This document shows, piece after piece, positions 19,086 through 28,077 of a DNA stretch of 43,111 nt. Within the stretch, counting starts at the first letter, position 1. Each line of letters opens with the position of its first letter. The DNA lies in contig JBPYFA010000106.1 of assembly GCA_051986585.1 (NCBI GenBank), forward strand, positions 1-43,111, given 5' to 3'. The position numbers were made by a program, and so were the translations under genes. Source of the stretch: Vicinamibacterales bacterium (GTDB taxonomy: Bacteria; Acidobacteriota; Vicinamibacteria; Vicinamibacterales; 2-12-FULL-66-21). The notes beneath the pieces were generated by a model that saw only the letters and a program-made list of their open reading frames with translations, searched no databases and was not told the origin of the DNA.

Positions 19086-19867
19086 TGCGGCACGCGACAA
19101 CCATCACATGGGTGAGCGCCTGGCTCGTGTTGCTGACCATCGGGACCGCCGAACGAGCGTTCGCACAGGCAGACGAAATTCAGGTCTACGACGGCGGACT
19201 GGCGACGGTCGGAACCTTCAATCTGACCTGGCACAACAACTACACCCCAAGCGGCGGCAAGACGCCGGCGTTTCCCGGCGGTGTTGTACCTGACCATTCG
19301 CTGAACGGCGTTCCGGAATGGGCGCTCGGGGTGACGCGATGGTTCGAAGCCGGGCTCTACATGCCGCTCTACAGCTACGACCAGGACAGCGGCTGGGGGC
19401 TCGATGGCTTCAAGTTGCGGTCGCTGTTTGCCGTGCCCGACGCCGACAACCGGCGTTTCGTTTACGGCGCCAATTTCGAGTTCAGCATCAACGCGGAGCG
19501 TTGGGACGAGAAGCGGTTCACATCCGAGATCAGGCCGATCGTCGGCTGGCATCTCAAGCCGGTCGACATTTTCGTCAATCCCATCCTCGATACTTCGTAC
19601 GACGGATTCGAGAATCTGATCTTCGCCCCTTCGACCCGAATCGCCTACAACTTGAATTCGGGCTGGGCGCTGGCGCTCGAAGAATACTCAGAGTTCGGGC
19701 CGCTCAAGGGTTTTCACCCCGTCGATGAACAGGCGCACCAGCTTTACTGGGTCGTGGACAAGAGCACGAAGTTCATGGACATCGAAGCCGGCGTCGGATT
19801 CGGCCTGACCAGCGCCTCCGACAAGCTGACGTTGAAGCTGATTCTGTCGCGAGATCTGAATCGGTAA
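19085..19867 (+). CDS. Secreted hypothetical protein, putative outer-membrane beta-barrel
   Basis: Signal peptide (AFA-QA), DEIQVYD start, alternating aromatic beta-strand pattern. Confidence 0.55.
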   Translation: MRHATTITWVSAWLVLLTIGTAERAFAQADEIQVYDGGLATVGTFNLTWHNNYTPSGGKTPAFPGGVVPDHSLNGVPEWALGVTRWFEAGLYMPLYSYDQDSGWGLDGFKLRSLFAVPDADNRRFVYGANFEFSINAERWDEKRFTSEIRPIVGWHLKPVDIFVNPILDTSYDGFENLIFAPSTRIAYNLNSGWALALEEYSEFGPLKGFHPVDEQAHQLYWVVDKSTKFMDIEAGVGFGLTSASDKLTLKLILSRDLNR

Positions 19868-19870
19868 TCT

Positions 19871-20068
19871 CTCGCGATTCGCGGTTCGCAATTCGCAATT
19901 CGCGGTTCGTGGTTCGCAATTCGTGGTTCGCGGTTCGCAATTCGTGGTTCGCAATTCGCGATTCGCGGTCGCTTTCGCAAATTCGCGGGCGCTTCGTCAT
20001 CGGCGGCGAATTGCGAATTGCGAATTGCGAATGGCGAAGCGCGAATGGCGAATTGCGAATCGCGAACG
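19871..20068. repeat. Inverted pair of heptamer arrays: 14 x TTCGYRR, spacer, 9 x GCGAAnn
   Basis: The second array (20006-20068) has the reverse-complement unit of the first (19871-19968). Confidence 0.92.
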
Positions 20069-20083
20069 CGCTAACATTGCCTC

Positions 20084-22051
20084 GTGGCGACCAATCCCTT
20101 CGATTCTGACGACCCAACCCTGACCGATATTCGCAGCCGCGTCCCGGGGCCTGCCGGGTCGCTGCCGTTCACAGCCGAGATGCTTCGCGAGCGGCCGTCG
20201 GGCGATCTGTTCGGCTGGTCGCAGAACGCGGGGATGGGCTGGGAGCCTTCCGCCATCGGTGGCAAAGAATTTCTGATTCTGTCCACCCATGGCGGCATCC
20301 GTGCAAACGACGGAACGCCGATCGCGCTCGGGTACCACACCGGGCATTGGGAAGTCGGCCTGCTGATGGAAGCGGCGGCGCGGGAGATGAAATCGGGCGG
20401 CGCGGTGCCATTTGCGGCCTCGTGCACCGACCCCTGTGACGGCCGATCGCAGGGCACGACGGCGATGTTCGACAGCCTGCCGTACCGCAACGACGCGGCG
20501 ACAATCTTTCGCCGGTTGATCCGGTCGCTGCCGACCCGCCGAGGAGTGATGGGGGTCGCGACCTGCGACAAGGGCCTGCCGGCGATGATGATGGCGCTGG
20601 CGGCCAGCCGCAATCTGCCGTGCATTCTCGTACCCGGGGGAGTCACACTCCTTCCGGTCGAAGGCGAAGACACCGCCCGCGTGCAAACGATCGGCGCCCG
20701 CTTCGCGCACGGCGAGATCACGTTACAACATGCGGCCGATGTCGGTTGTCACACCTGCGCGTCACCTGGTGGCGGCTGCCAATTCCTTGGCACCGCCGCC
20801 ACCGCTCAGGTGATTGGGGAAGCGCTCGGCCTGTCCCTCGGCCACTCGGCGCTTGCGCCGTCCGGCCATCCGATCTGGCTCGACATGGCGCGGCGGTCGG
20901 CACGCGCCCTGATGGCGCTGGAGGCAAGCGGCACTACCGTCGGCGTCGTCCTCAGCGATGGATCGGTACACAATGCGCTGGCCGTGCACGCCGCCTTCGG
21001 GGGATCGATGAACCTGATCCTCCATCTCCCAGCGATCGCGCACGCCGCCGGATTGCGCAGACCGACCGCCGAAGATTGGGCGCACGTGAATCGCCGCATT
21101 CCGCGCCTCGTCGATGCGTTGCCGAACGGTCCACGCCACTTCGCGACGGTGCAGGTGTTTCTCGCCGGAGGCGTCCCGGAAGTCATGCTCCACTTGCGGC
21201 AGCTCGGCGCGCTCGACACCCGCGTCCGGACGGTGCAGGGCGTCACGCTGGACGAACAGTTGGACGCGTGGGAAGCCTCGGAACGGCGCGCCGCACTGAA
21301 GCGGATGCTGCGCGAGCGGGACGGCATCGACCCCGATGATGTGATCATGGCTCCGGCGAGCGCCCGCGCACGCGGCCTGACGCCGACAGTGTGCTTTCCG
21401 CACGGCAATCTCGCGCCTGAAGGCGCCGTCATCAAGAGCACCGCGATCGACGCTTCCGTGGTCGGCGCCGATGGCGTGTATCGCCACAAAGGACCCGCGA
21501 AGGTGTTCTTGACCGAGCCGGCGGCGATCGCCGCCATCAAATCGAATCGCATTCAAGCCGGCGATATCCTCGTCCTGATTTGCCGCGGACCGCTGGGTGC
21601 GGGTATGGAGGAGACCTATCAGCTCACCGGCGCGCTCCGCTACCTGCCGTTTGGAAAGCACGTCGCAGTCGTCACCGACGCGCGCTTCAGCGGCGTATCC
21701 ACCGGCGCATGCATCGGCCATGTTTCACCCGAAGCCTTGGCCGGCGGACCGATCGGGCGCGTGCGGGATGGCGACCTGATCGAGATCGTCATCGACACGC
21801 GGTCGCTCGAGGGATCGTTAAACCTGGTCGGAGCGGATGGCATCGACCGCGGTGTGGAAGACGGCACGCAAATCCTCGCCAACCGAAGCGCGCGGCCAGA
21901 TCTGGCGGCCGATCCTCAACTGCCCGACGAGACCCGTCTCTGGGCCGCTCTGCAGGACGTTAGCGGAGGCCCCTGGGCGGGATCGGTCTACGACGTGGAC
22001 GAAATACTGCGGGTGATCGCCGCGGGGAAGGACGCGCTCTCGAAAGGCTGA
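20084..22051 (+). CDS. YjhG/YagF family D-xylonate dehydratase (IlvD/Edd superfamily)
   Basis: [66 protein letters not shown]. Confidence 0.88.
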   Translation: MATNPFDSDDPTLTDIRSRVPGPAGSLPFTAEMLRERPSGDLFGWSQNAGMGWEPSAIGGKEFLILSTHGGIRANDGTPIALGYHTGHWEVGLLMEAAAREMKSGGAVPFAASCTDPCDGRSQGTTAMFDSLPYRNDAATIFRRLIRSLPTRRGVMGVATCDKGLPAMMMALAASRNLPCILVPGGVTLLPVEGEDTARVQTIGARFAHGEITLQHAADVGCHTCASPGGGCQFLGTAATAQVIGEALGLSLGHSALAPSGHPIWLDMARRSARALMALEASGTTVGVVLSDGSVHNALAVHAAFGGSMNLILHLPAIAHAAGLRRPTAEDWAHVNRRIPRLVDALPNGPRHFATVQVFLAGGVPEVMLHLRQLGALDTRVRTVQGVTLDEQLDAWEASERRAALKRMLRERDGIDPDDVIMAPASARARGLTPTVCFPHGNLAPEGAVIKSTAIDASVVGADGVYRHKGPAKVFLTEPAAIAAIKSNRIQAGDILVLICRGPLGAGMEETYQLTGALRYLPFGKHVAVVTDARFSGVSTGACIGHVSPEALAGGPIGRVRDGDLIEIVIDTRSLEGSLNLVGADGIDRGVEDGTQILANRSARPDLAADPQLPDETRLWAALQDVSGGPWAGSVYDVDEILRVIAAGKDALSKG

Positions 22052-22243
22052 AGGTTGAATGCTGAAGGTTGAATGAATTGCTGATTGTTGATTGCTGATT
22101 ACGGATTGCTGATTACGGATTGCTGAGTACGGATTGCTGAGTACGGATTGCTGATTGCTGATTTGTTCCGAGTTCTTCAATCAGCGTCCGCAATCGAAAA
22201 TCAGCAATTGGATCCTTCAGCATTCAGCATTCGACCTTCAGCG
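22047..22243. repeat. Nested mirror of two heptamer array types (A-B-spacer-B'-A')
   Basis: GCTGAAG/GTTGAAT x4; GCTGATT/ACGGATT x12; spacer; AATCAGC-type; CTTCAGC/ATTCAGC x4. Confidence 0.88.
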
Positions 22244-22246
22244 TTT

Positions 22247-23641
22247 TCAGATGTCTACAATCTTTCCCGGATTCATCCGATTCTCCGGGTCGAGTGCGCG
22301 TTTGATTGCGCGCATCACCTCGAGCCCTTCGCCGTGCTCGGCTTCGAGGAACTTCATCTTGCCGTAGCCGACGCCGTGCTCGCCGGTGCAGGTTCCACCC
22401 ATCGCCAGCGCCCGCGCCACCATCCGCTCGTTCAACCGCCGCGCTTCTGCGAGTTCTGCCTCGCTCGCAGGATCGAGCAAATAGATCACGTGAAAGTTTC
22501 CGTCGCCGGCGTGGCCGACCAGGCAGACCGGGAACGGCACGTTCGCGTGATCGGCCTTGGTTTCGATGACGCACTCCGACAGGCGGGAGATCGGAACGCA
22601 CACGTCGGTGGCCCACGAGCGGCAACCGGGCCGAAGCGCGAGCGACGCGAAATGTACGTTGTGGCGCGCTTGCCACAGCCGTTCGCGATCCTCGAGCCGC
22701 GTCGCCCACTCGAAACCGTGACCGCCTCGCTCTGTGGCGAGCGCGTCGACAGCTTCCGCCTGCTCCGAGACATACCGATCGGAATCGCCATGGAACTCGA
22801 AGAAGAGGGTCGGCGCAATCGCGTAATTGGTCTTCGAGTATCGATTCACCGCATCGACCTGCGCCTCGTCCAGGAGTTCGATTCGAGCGACCGGGACGCC
22901 GAGCTGGATGGTGGCAATCACCGTGTCGACCGCGCCTTTGATCGTGTCGAACGCGCAGACCGCAGCGGCCACCGCTTCCGGAACGGGATGGAGCCGCACG
23001 GTCACGTCGGTGATGACGCCAAGCGTGCCTTCTGATCCGACAAACAACCGGGTCAGGTCGTATCCGGCAGCCGATTTCCTCGCCCGCGTGCCCGTATGAA
23101 CGACGCGTCCGTCCGCCAGTACCGCGGTCACCGCGAGGACGTTCTCCCGCATCGTCCCGTACCGGACTGCCGTGGTGCCCGATGCGCGTGTGGCCGTCAT
23201 GCCGCCAATGGTCGCGTCCGCACCAGGATCCACCGGGAACATGAGTCCGGTATTGCGAAGTGCTTTGTTCAATTGCAGCCGCGTGACGCCCGCTTCCACC
23301 GTCGCGTCCAGATCTTCGACGCTGATGCGGGTGATCCGATTCAGATCGCGAACGTCGATCGTGACGCCGCCACGAAGCGCCTGCACGTGCCCCTCCAGCG
23401 ACGTTCCCGCACCGAACGGTACGACGGGGAGCTTGTATCGCGCTGCGATCCGGACGACCTCAACGACTTCGTCCAACGATTCGGGAAAACAGACCACATC
23501 GGGCGGCGCCGGCGCGTGGTACGACTCGCCATGACTGTGGTGGTCTCGAACCAGGGTGGCGTCGCTGGCTCTTGGCCCCAGGAGTTGTTTCAGCTCCGCG
23601 ATCGCATCATCAACCGGCTCTGCCTTCGTGTTTTTCGCCAC
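22247..23641 (-). CDS. FAD-linked oxidase (D-lactate dehydrogenase / GlcD-like)
   Basis: PFGAGTSLEG, DPGADATIGG, GSEGTLG, GHAGDGNFH, GEHGVG, MNPGK; SD GGGAGGAG. Confidence 0.9.
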   Translation of the reverse strand: MAKNTKAEPVDDAIAELKQLLGPRASDATLVRDHHSHGESYHAPAPPDVVCFPESLDEVVEVVRIAARYKLPVVPFGAGTSLEGHVQALRGGVTIDVRDLNRITRISVEDLDATVEAGVTRLQLNKALRNTGLMFPVDPGADATIGGMTATRASGTTAVRYGTMRENVLAVTAVLADGRVVHTGTRARKSAAGYDLTRLFVGSEGTLGVITDVTVRLHPVPEAVAAAVCAFDTIKGAVDTVIATIQLGVPVARIELLDEAQVDAVNRYSKTNYAIAPTLFFEFHGDSDRYVSEQAEAVDALATERGGHGFEWATRLEDRERLWQARHNVHFASLALRPGCRSWATDVCVPISRLSECVIETKADHANVPFPVCLVGHAGDGNFHVIYLLDPASEAELAEARRLNERMVARALAMGGTCTGEHGVGYGKMKFLEAEHGEGLEVMRAIKRALDPENRMNPGKIVDI

Positions 23642-23714
23642 GTCTCCTCCCGATCAGCTAGAATCTATATCTGATGACCGAATCGGGAACCAGCAATCCC
23701 CACGATTCCCCCCG

Positions 23715-23739
23715 GGCCGGTCGCTGACCGGCCTTTGTT
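23715..23739 (+). terminator. Terminator-like hairpin inside a probable 5' leader
   Basis: GGCCGGTC-GCT-GACCGGCC followed by TTTGTT, 38 nt upstream of the ATG at 23778. Confidence 0.4.
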
Positions 23740-23777
23740 CTGTACCCCGCTCGCGGTCTTTATACAGGGAGATCTTC

Positions 23778-24011
23778 ATGGCGAACCGTACGAAAGTCAC
23801 TCAACAAAAGCGCGCACGGGAGCGCGCCAAACAGGAACGCCAGCAGGAGAAGACTCGGCGCCGCGAAGAGGCCAAGGTGAGGAAGGCGAATGAACCTCGG
23901 CAGGCGGGGGGTGAAGATCCCGATATTGCCGGGATTATTCCCGGGCCTCAGCCGAGCCCATGGGACGACGAGGATCTCGACGATCGCTTCGACGACAAGC
24001 TGGAAAAGTAG
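23778..24011 (+). CDS. Small highly charged hypothetical protein (77 aa)
   Basis: SD GGGAG; basic N-terminal helix, EDPDIAGIIPGPQP motif, acidic tail. Confidence 0.75.
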   Translation: MANRTKVTQQKRARERAKQERQQEKTRRREEAKVRKANEPRQAGGEDPDIAGIIPGPQPSPWDDEDLDDRFDDKLEK

Positions 24012-24024
24012 GGATTAGAAGAGA

Positions 24025-24152
24025 GTCGCGCCAGCCAGTAGACAGCAGACGGCGGCTGGAACCAAATCAGCGCTGCAAGCTGAAACGGCAACCCGGTCCG
24101 GAGGAGACCAGGAATCTCACCCTGGCGCCTGCTGTCTACTGCCTGTCGCGAC
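24025..24152. repeat. 128-bp element with 27-bp imperfect terminal inverted repeats (MITE-like)
   Basis: 24025-24051 versus the reverse complement of 24126-24152: 24/27 identical. Confidence 0.6.
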
Positions 24153-24160
24153 GACTGCGA

Positions 24161-24400
24161 TCAGCTCCTGCGCATCAAACGGCCCCACCGATACGCATAG
24201 AGGTACTCGCTTCGGCAGTTTGGACAAATCAACGAGCCCAGCCACGAACCTGATCGGCGGCTCTGTTCCACGCATTCCAGCGGGTACTCGCAGTGGCTAC
24301 AGGCGAAGTGCCGTGGTCCAGACGTGAAGCTGGACGCCAGACTCAGCGCAGAGACATCGACGGCCTTTGGGGTTGTGGTGGAAAGAGACGATCGCCGCAT
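24161..24400 (-). CDS. Small zinc-ribbon-like protein
   Basis: CSHC..CPNC pair; ATG 24400 lies just downstream of a sigma-54-like motif. Start uncertain. Confidence 0.55.
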   Translation of the reverse strand: MRRSSLSTTTPKAVDVSALSLASSFTSGPRHFACSHCEYPLECVEQSRRSGSWLGSLICPNCRSEYLYAYRWGRLMRRS

Positions 24401-24421
24401 AGAGCAGTCCGTCCATAATGG

Positions 24422-24437
24422 AGCAACAGATATGCCC
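24422..24437 (-). promoter_or_regulatory. Sigma-54 -24/-12 promoter candidate
   Basis: GGGCATATCTGTTGCT: GG-N10-GC with TTGCT. Confidence 0.55.
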
Positions 24438-24454
24438 GGCAGCAAGTCAAGCAG

Positions 24455-24485
24455 ATCGCGCAAATTCCTTAGGAATTTGCGCGAT
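24455..24485. promoter_or_regulatory. Perfect 31-bp palindrome
   Basis: ATCGCGCAAATTCCT-T-AGGAATTTGCGCGAT. Confidence 0.55.
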
Positions 24486-24590
24486 TCACGGTTTCAGTGT
24501 GGCATCCGGACGGCCAATCGATTGACCACAGGCCAACCTCTTGGCCGCCCGGAGGGGCGTCACCCCTTCTCGAAAGCGGTCTGAATATCG

Positions 24591-24740
24591 TCAGACGGTG
24601 CGCCGGCCACTGACCAAGCCGACCACGAACAGAACCAGCGCGATCACCAGCAGCACGTAGATGAAGTTGCCGAGCGTGTAGCCGCTGACCAAGCCGAGCA
24701 GCCACAGCACAAGCAGAATCACCGCGATCGTGAAAAGCAT
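24591..24740 (-). CDS. lmo0937-family small membrane protein (49 aa; absent from the ORF track)
   Basis: Translated by hand: MLFTIAVILLVLWLLGLVSGYTLGNFIYVLLVIALVLFVVGLVSGRRTV; SD GGAGGGA. Confidence 0.9.
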   Translation of the reverse strand: MLFTIAVILLVLWLLGLVSGYTLGNFIYVLLVIALVLFVVGLVSGRRTV

Positions 24741-24763
24741 CGTTCCCTCCTGCATGTTGATTC

Positions 24764-24779
24764 AGCACAAGACGTGCCG
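24764..24779 (-). promoter_or_regulatory. Sigma-54 -24/-12 promoter candidate
   Basis: CGGCACGTCTTGTGCT: GGCACG and GG-N10-GC. Confidence 0.55.
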
Positions 24780-24927
24780 CGCCGGAATGGCTCTTCCGGT
24801 CGGCAAAACGGAGGCTGGATGGCCCTCTGTGTGTCGAGTGCTTCCACCATTGAGCCGTAGCTCTGCTAGCATGCAACCTCGACAACCCATAGAGCTGAGT
24901 TCGGATGATCGCCGGAGGTTCATTCGC

Positions 24928-27900
24928 ATGCGAACGTGGACATCGAGCGCGGCGGTTCTCGTAGCCATTGTGTTGACGGCGACTCCTCCGATCTCTGGAC
25001 AGGCACAATCACCGGCATCACTGTCGCCGCCAGCCATCGGAGGCATCGATCCGGCGCTGTTGAAAGGATTGTCCTGGCGGTCGATTGGACCGGCTCGAGG
25101 CGGACGCTCGCAGGCCGTGGCAGGGAGCAGCAGCCGCCCACTCGAGTACTACTTCGGCGCGACCGGCGGTGGTCTGTGGAAAACCACCGATGGCGGCGTA
25201 ACGTGGCGCCCCGTATCGGACAAGTTCTTCACGTCATCATCGGTCGGCGCCGTCGCCGTTTCGGACTCGAATCCCGACATCGTGTATGTCGGCATGGGGG
25301 AAACAGAGCTCCGCGGCAACATCATCCAGGGAGACGGCGTCTACAAGTCGATTGACGGCGGAAAGACGTTCACTCACATCGGTCTCGAGAAAACGCTGGC
25401 GATTGCCCGAATCAGGGTCCATCCTTCGAATCCCGACATCGTCTACGTCGCCGCACTCGGGGATCCGTACGGATCGACACCGGACCGTGGTGTTTTCAAG
25501 ACCTCCGATGGGGGCAAGACGTGGACACGATCGCTCTTCCGCGACGAGAAGACTGGCGCCGTCGATCTCGCGATCGACACCAGCCATCCCGATGTCCTGT
25601 ATGCGGGCCTGTGGGAAGTTTTTCGAACCCCTCATTCGTTGTCGAGCGGCGGTCCCGGAAGCGGGCTGTTCAAGACGACGGATGGAGGAGTGACGTGGAC
25701 CGAACTGAGCCGGAACGAGGGGCTGCCAAAACCTCTCTGGGGCAAGCTCGGAGTTTCAGTGTCGCCGGTTGACGGCAACCGCGTCTACGCGATCATCGAG
25801 GCTGCAGAAGGCGGTGTGTTCCTTTCTGACGACGCCGGACGAAGCTGGAAACGAATCAACGACGATCGCCGCCTTCGACAACGCGCGTTTTATTACACGC
25901 GAATCTACGCAGATCCCCAGGCCAGGGACACCGTCTACATTCTCAATACTGGCGTCTATCGTTCAACTGACGGCGGCAAGACGATTCGGGCGATACGCGT
26001 TCCGCACGGCGACAACCACGATCTCTGGATCGCGCCGAACGACGCCAAACGGATGATCAACAGCAATGATGGTGGCGCCAACGTCTCGGTCAATGCCGGA
26101 GAAACGTGGACCGATCAGGATTTTCCAACCGCCCAGTTTTACAACGTGATCACGACCGCTCATGTGCCGTATCACGTCTGCGGTGCGCAGCAAGACAACA
26201 CCACGGCGTGCGTGTCGAGCACTGGAACCGGCGATTTGTATGACGTCGGCGGCGGAGAGAGCGGATATATCGCACCCGATCCAAAAGATACCGACGTGTT
26301 CTACGCCGGCAGCTATGGCGGCCTGCTGACCCGAATCAATCGTCGGACCGGCGAGCAGCGCGCCATCAACGTGTGGCCGGACAATCCGATGGGTTTTTCC
26401 TCCGGCGATATGACCGAGCGGTTCCAGTGGACCTATCCGATTGTGATTGCGCCAACCGATCCACGAGTGCTCTACGCGACGTCGCAGCACGTCTGGAAGA
26501 CGACGAATGAAGGCCAGACATGGGAGCGCATCAGTCCCGACCTCACACGTCACGATCCGTCGACCCTCGGCCCATCAGGCGGACCGATCACTCTCGACCA
26601 GACCGGGGTCGAAACCTACGCGGTCGTGTTCGCGCTCGCTCCGAGCCCCGTGGATGGACGAGTGATATGGGCAGGTTCCGACGACGGCTATGTGCACGTG
26701 ACGCGCGATGGCGGCCAGAAGTGGGACAAAGTCACACCGCCCGATCTTCCAGAGTTCACTCGCATCAGCTTCATTGAAGCCTCGCCGCACGACCCCGGCT
26801 CGGCGTACGTCGCCGGCAACCGTTATCAGCGTGCGGACCGGACACCGTACGTCTACAAGACAGCTGATTACGGCAAAACCTGGACGCGGATCGTCAATGG
26901 ACTGCCATCGAACGATTTCGCTCACACGATCCGCGAAGACAAGCAGCGCAAGGGCCTGCTGTTCCTCGGCACGGAAAACGGGATCTACGTCTCGCTCGAC
27001 GATGGCGGCGTGTGGCAGTCGCTGCGGCTGGAATTGCCGGTGACGCCCGTTCACGGCATCGAGGTCAAGGGCAACGACGTCGTCATCGCCACCCACGGAC
27101 GATCGTTCTACATCATGGACGACATCTTGGTGCTGCGGCAGATCACACCTGCAACCACCAGCGACGCGGTCACGCTGTTCCGTCCGGCCGATGGTGTGCG
27201 ATCGGTGTCGCGGGGCGTCGCGATCGATTACTTCCTGAAGACGGCCGCCGATAAGGTCACGATTGAGATCCTCGATGCTCAGGGCACGGTGATTCGCACG
27301 ATCAGCGGCGATGCGTCGGCGGAAAAGTCGGAACCTGCCGCACCTGTCGATTCCGGCGACGACAGCGGCCGCCCTCCGGCGCCTCGCGCACCGGTCAAGC
27401 AGGGTATGAATCGTTTCACCTGGGACATGCGATATTCCGGTGCCCGTGATTTCGCGGGACTGATCATGTGGGCGGGCAGCACTCGCGGCCCGCTCGCGCC
27501 GCCGGGAAAGTATTCCGTGCGATTGACCGCCAATGGCGCCACACGAAACGCCGGTTTCGCCATCGTCCGCAACGAAGCGGTGAAGACGATTACCGATGCC
27601 GACCTGATGGAGCAGTTCAAGCTGGCGAAGCAAATCAACGACAAGGTCGATGCGGCGAACGACGCCGTCCTCCGCATCCGCGGCGTGAAGGATCAAGTCA
27701 ACGATCGCGCAGCGAAAACGACCGACACGGCCATCAAGTCCGCCGCGCCTCCTCTCGTCGGCAAGCTGACCGCGATCGAGGGGGAGATCTATCAGTATCG
27801 CAACCGCAGCAGCCAGGATCCGCTCAATTACCCGATTCGTCTGAACAACAAACTGGCCGCACTGCAGGGACTGATCGAGATTGGCGAGTACAAACCGACG

Positions 27901-28071
27901 GATCAGTCGTACGCCGTCTTCAAGGAACTGTCGGATCGCCTGGACAAACAGTTCGGACAGCTCGACTCGGTCTTGAGCATCGACCTCGCGACGTTCAACA
28001 AGCTGCTGGCGCGAAGAAAATTGCCGCCGGTAAAGGATACGCTGCCGCCGCGGCCGGCCGACGGGCGCTGA
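24928..28071 (+). CDS. Secreted BNR/Asp-box (VPS10/sortilin-like) beta-propeller protein, putative glycosyl hydrolase
   Basis: SD GGAGG; signal peptide; WRSIGPARGGR and many [ST]xDGGxTW Asp-boxes; helical C-terminus. Confidence 0.85.
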   Translation: MRTWTSSAAVLVAIVLTATPPISGQAQSPASLSPPAIGGIDPALLKGLSWRSIGPARGGRSQAVAGSSSRPLEYYFGATGGGLWKTTDGGVTWRPVSDKFFTSSSVGAVAVSDSNPDIVYVGMGETELRGNIIQGDGVYKSIDGGKTFTHIGLEKTLAIARIRVHPSNPDIVYVAALGDPYGSTPDRGVFKTSDGGKTWTRSLFRDEKTGAVDLAIDTSHPDVLYAGLWEVFRTPHSLSSGGPGSGLFKTTDGGVTWTELSRNEGLPKPLWGKLGVSVSPVDGNRVYAIIEAAEGGVFLSDDAGRSWKRINDDRRLRQRAFYYTRIYADPQARDTVYILNTGVYRSTDGGKTIRAIRVPHGDNHDLWIAPNDAKRMINSNDGGANVSVNAGETWTDQDFPTAQFYNVITTAHVPYHVCGAQQDNTTACVSSTGTGDLYDVGGGESGYIAPDPKDTDVFYAGSYGGLLTRINRRTGEQRAINVWPDNPMGFSSGDMTERFQWTYPIVIAPTDPRVLYATSQHVWKTTNEGQTWERISPDLTRHDPSTLGPSGGPITLDQTGVETYAVVFALAPSPVDGRVIWAGSDDGYVHVTRDGGQKWDKVTPPDLPEFTRISFIEASPHDPGSAYVAGNRYQRADRTPYVYKTADYGKTWTRIVNGLPSNDFAHTIREDKQRKGLLFLGTENGIYVSLDDGGVWQSLRLELPVTPVHGIEVKGNDVVIATHGRSFYIMDDILVLRQITPATTSDAVTLFRPADGVRSVSRGVAIDYFLKTAADKVTIEILDAQGTVIRTISGDASAEKSEPAAPVDSGDDSGRPPAPRAPVKQGMNRFTWDMRYSGARDFAGLIMWAGSTRGPLAPPGKYSVRLTANGATRNAGFAIVRNEAVKTITDADLMEQFKLAKQINDKVDAANDAVLRIRGVKDQVNDRAAKTTDTAIKSAAPPLVGKLTAIEGEIYQYRNRSSQDPLNYPIRLNNKLAALQGLIEIGEYKPTDQSYAVFKELSDRLDKQFGQLDSVLSIDLATFNKLLARRKLPPVKDTLPPRPADGR

Positions 28072-28077
28072 CCTCAC

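Noticed and set aside
19871-20068. Repeat arrays (here and elsewhere) as a CRISPR array
   Set aside because: Units are 6-8 nt in tandem with no unique spacers, and there are no cas genes.
19688-20123. Short ORFs with ANCELR/IRNSQF-like repeats (also near 11143-11643, 21818-22180 and 39759-40346)
   Set aside because: Translation artefacts of heptamer arrays, which cycle through all three frames.
20084-23641. Complete oxidative xylose (Dahms/Weimberg) pathway cluster
   Set aside because: Only the dehydratase is present; the convergent FAD oxidase is not co-transcribed, and no xylose dehydrogenase or aldolase is adjacent.
26575-28077. Long antisense ORFs (500 aa here; also 12425-13498, 22148-23035 and 37682-38683)
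   Set aside because: Shadow ORFs opposite well-supported genes in GC-rich DNA, with no recognisable motifs.
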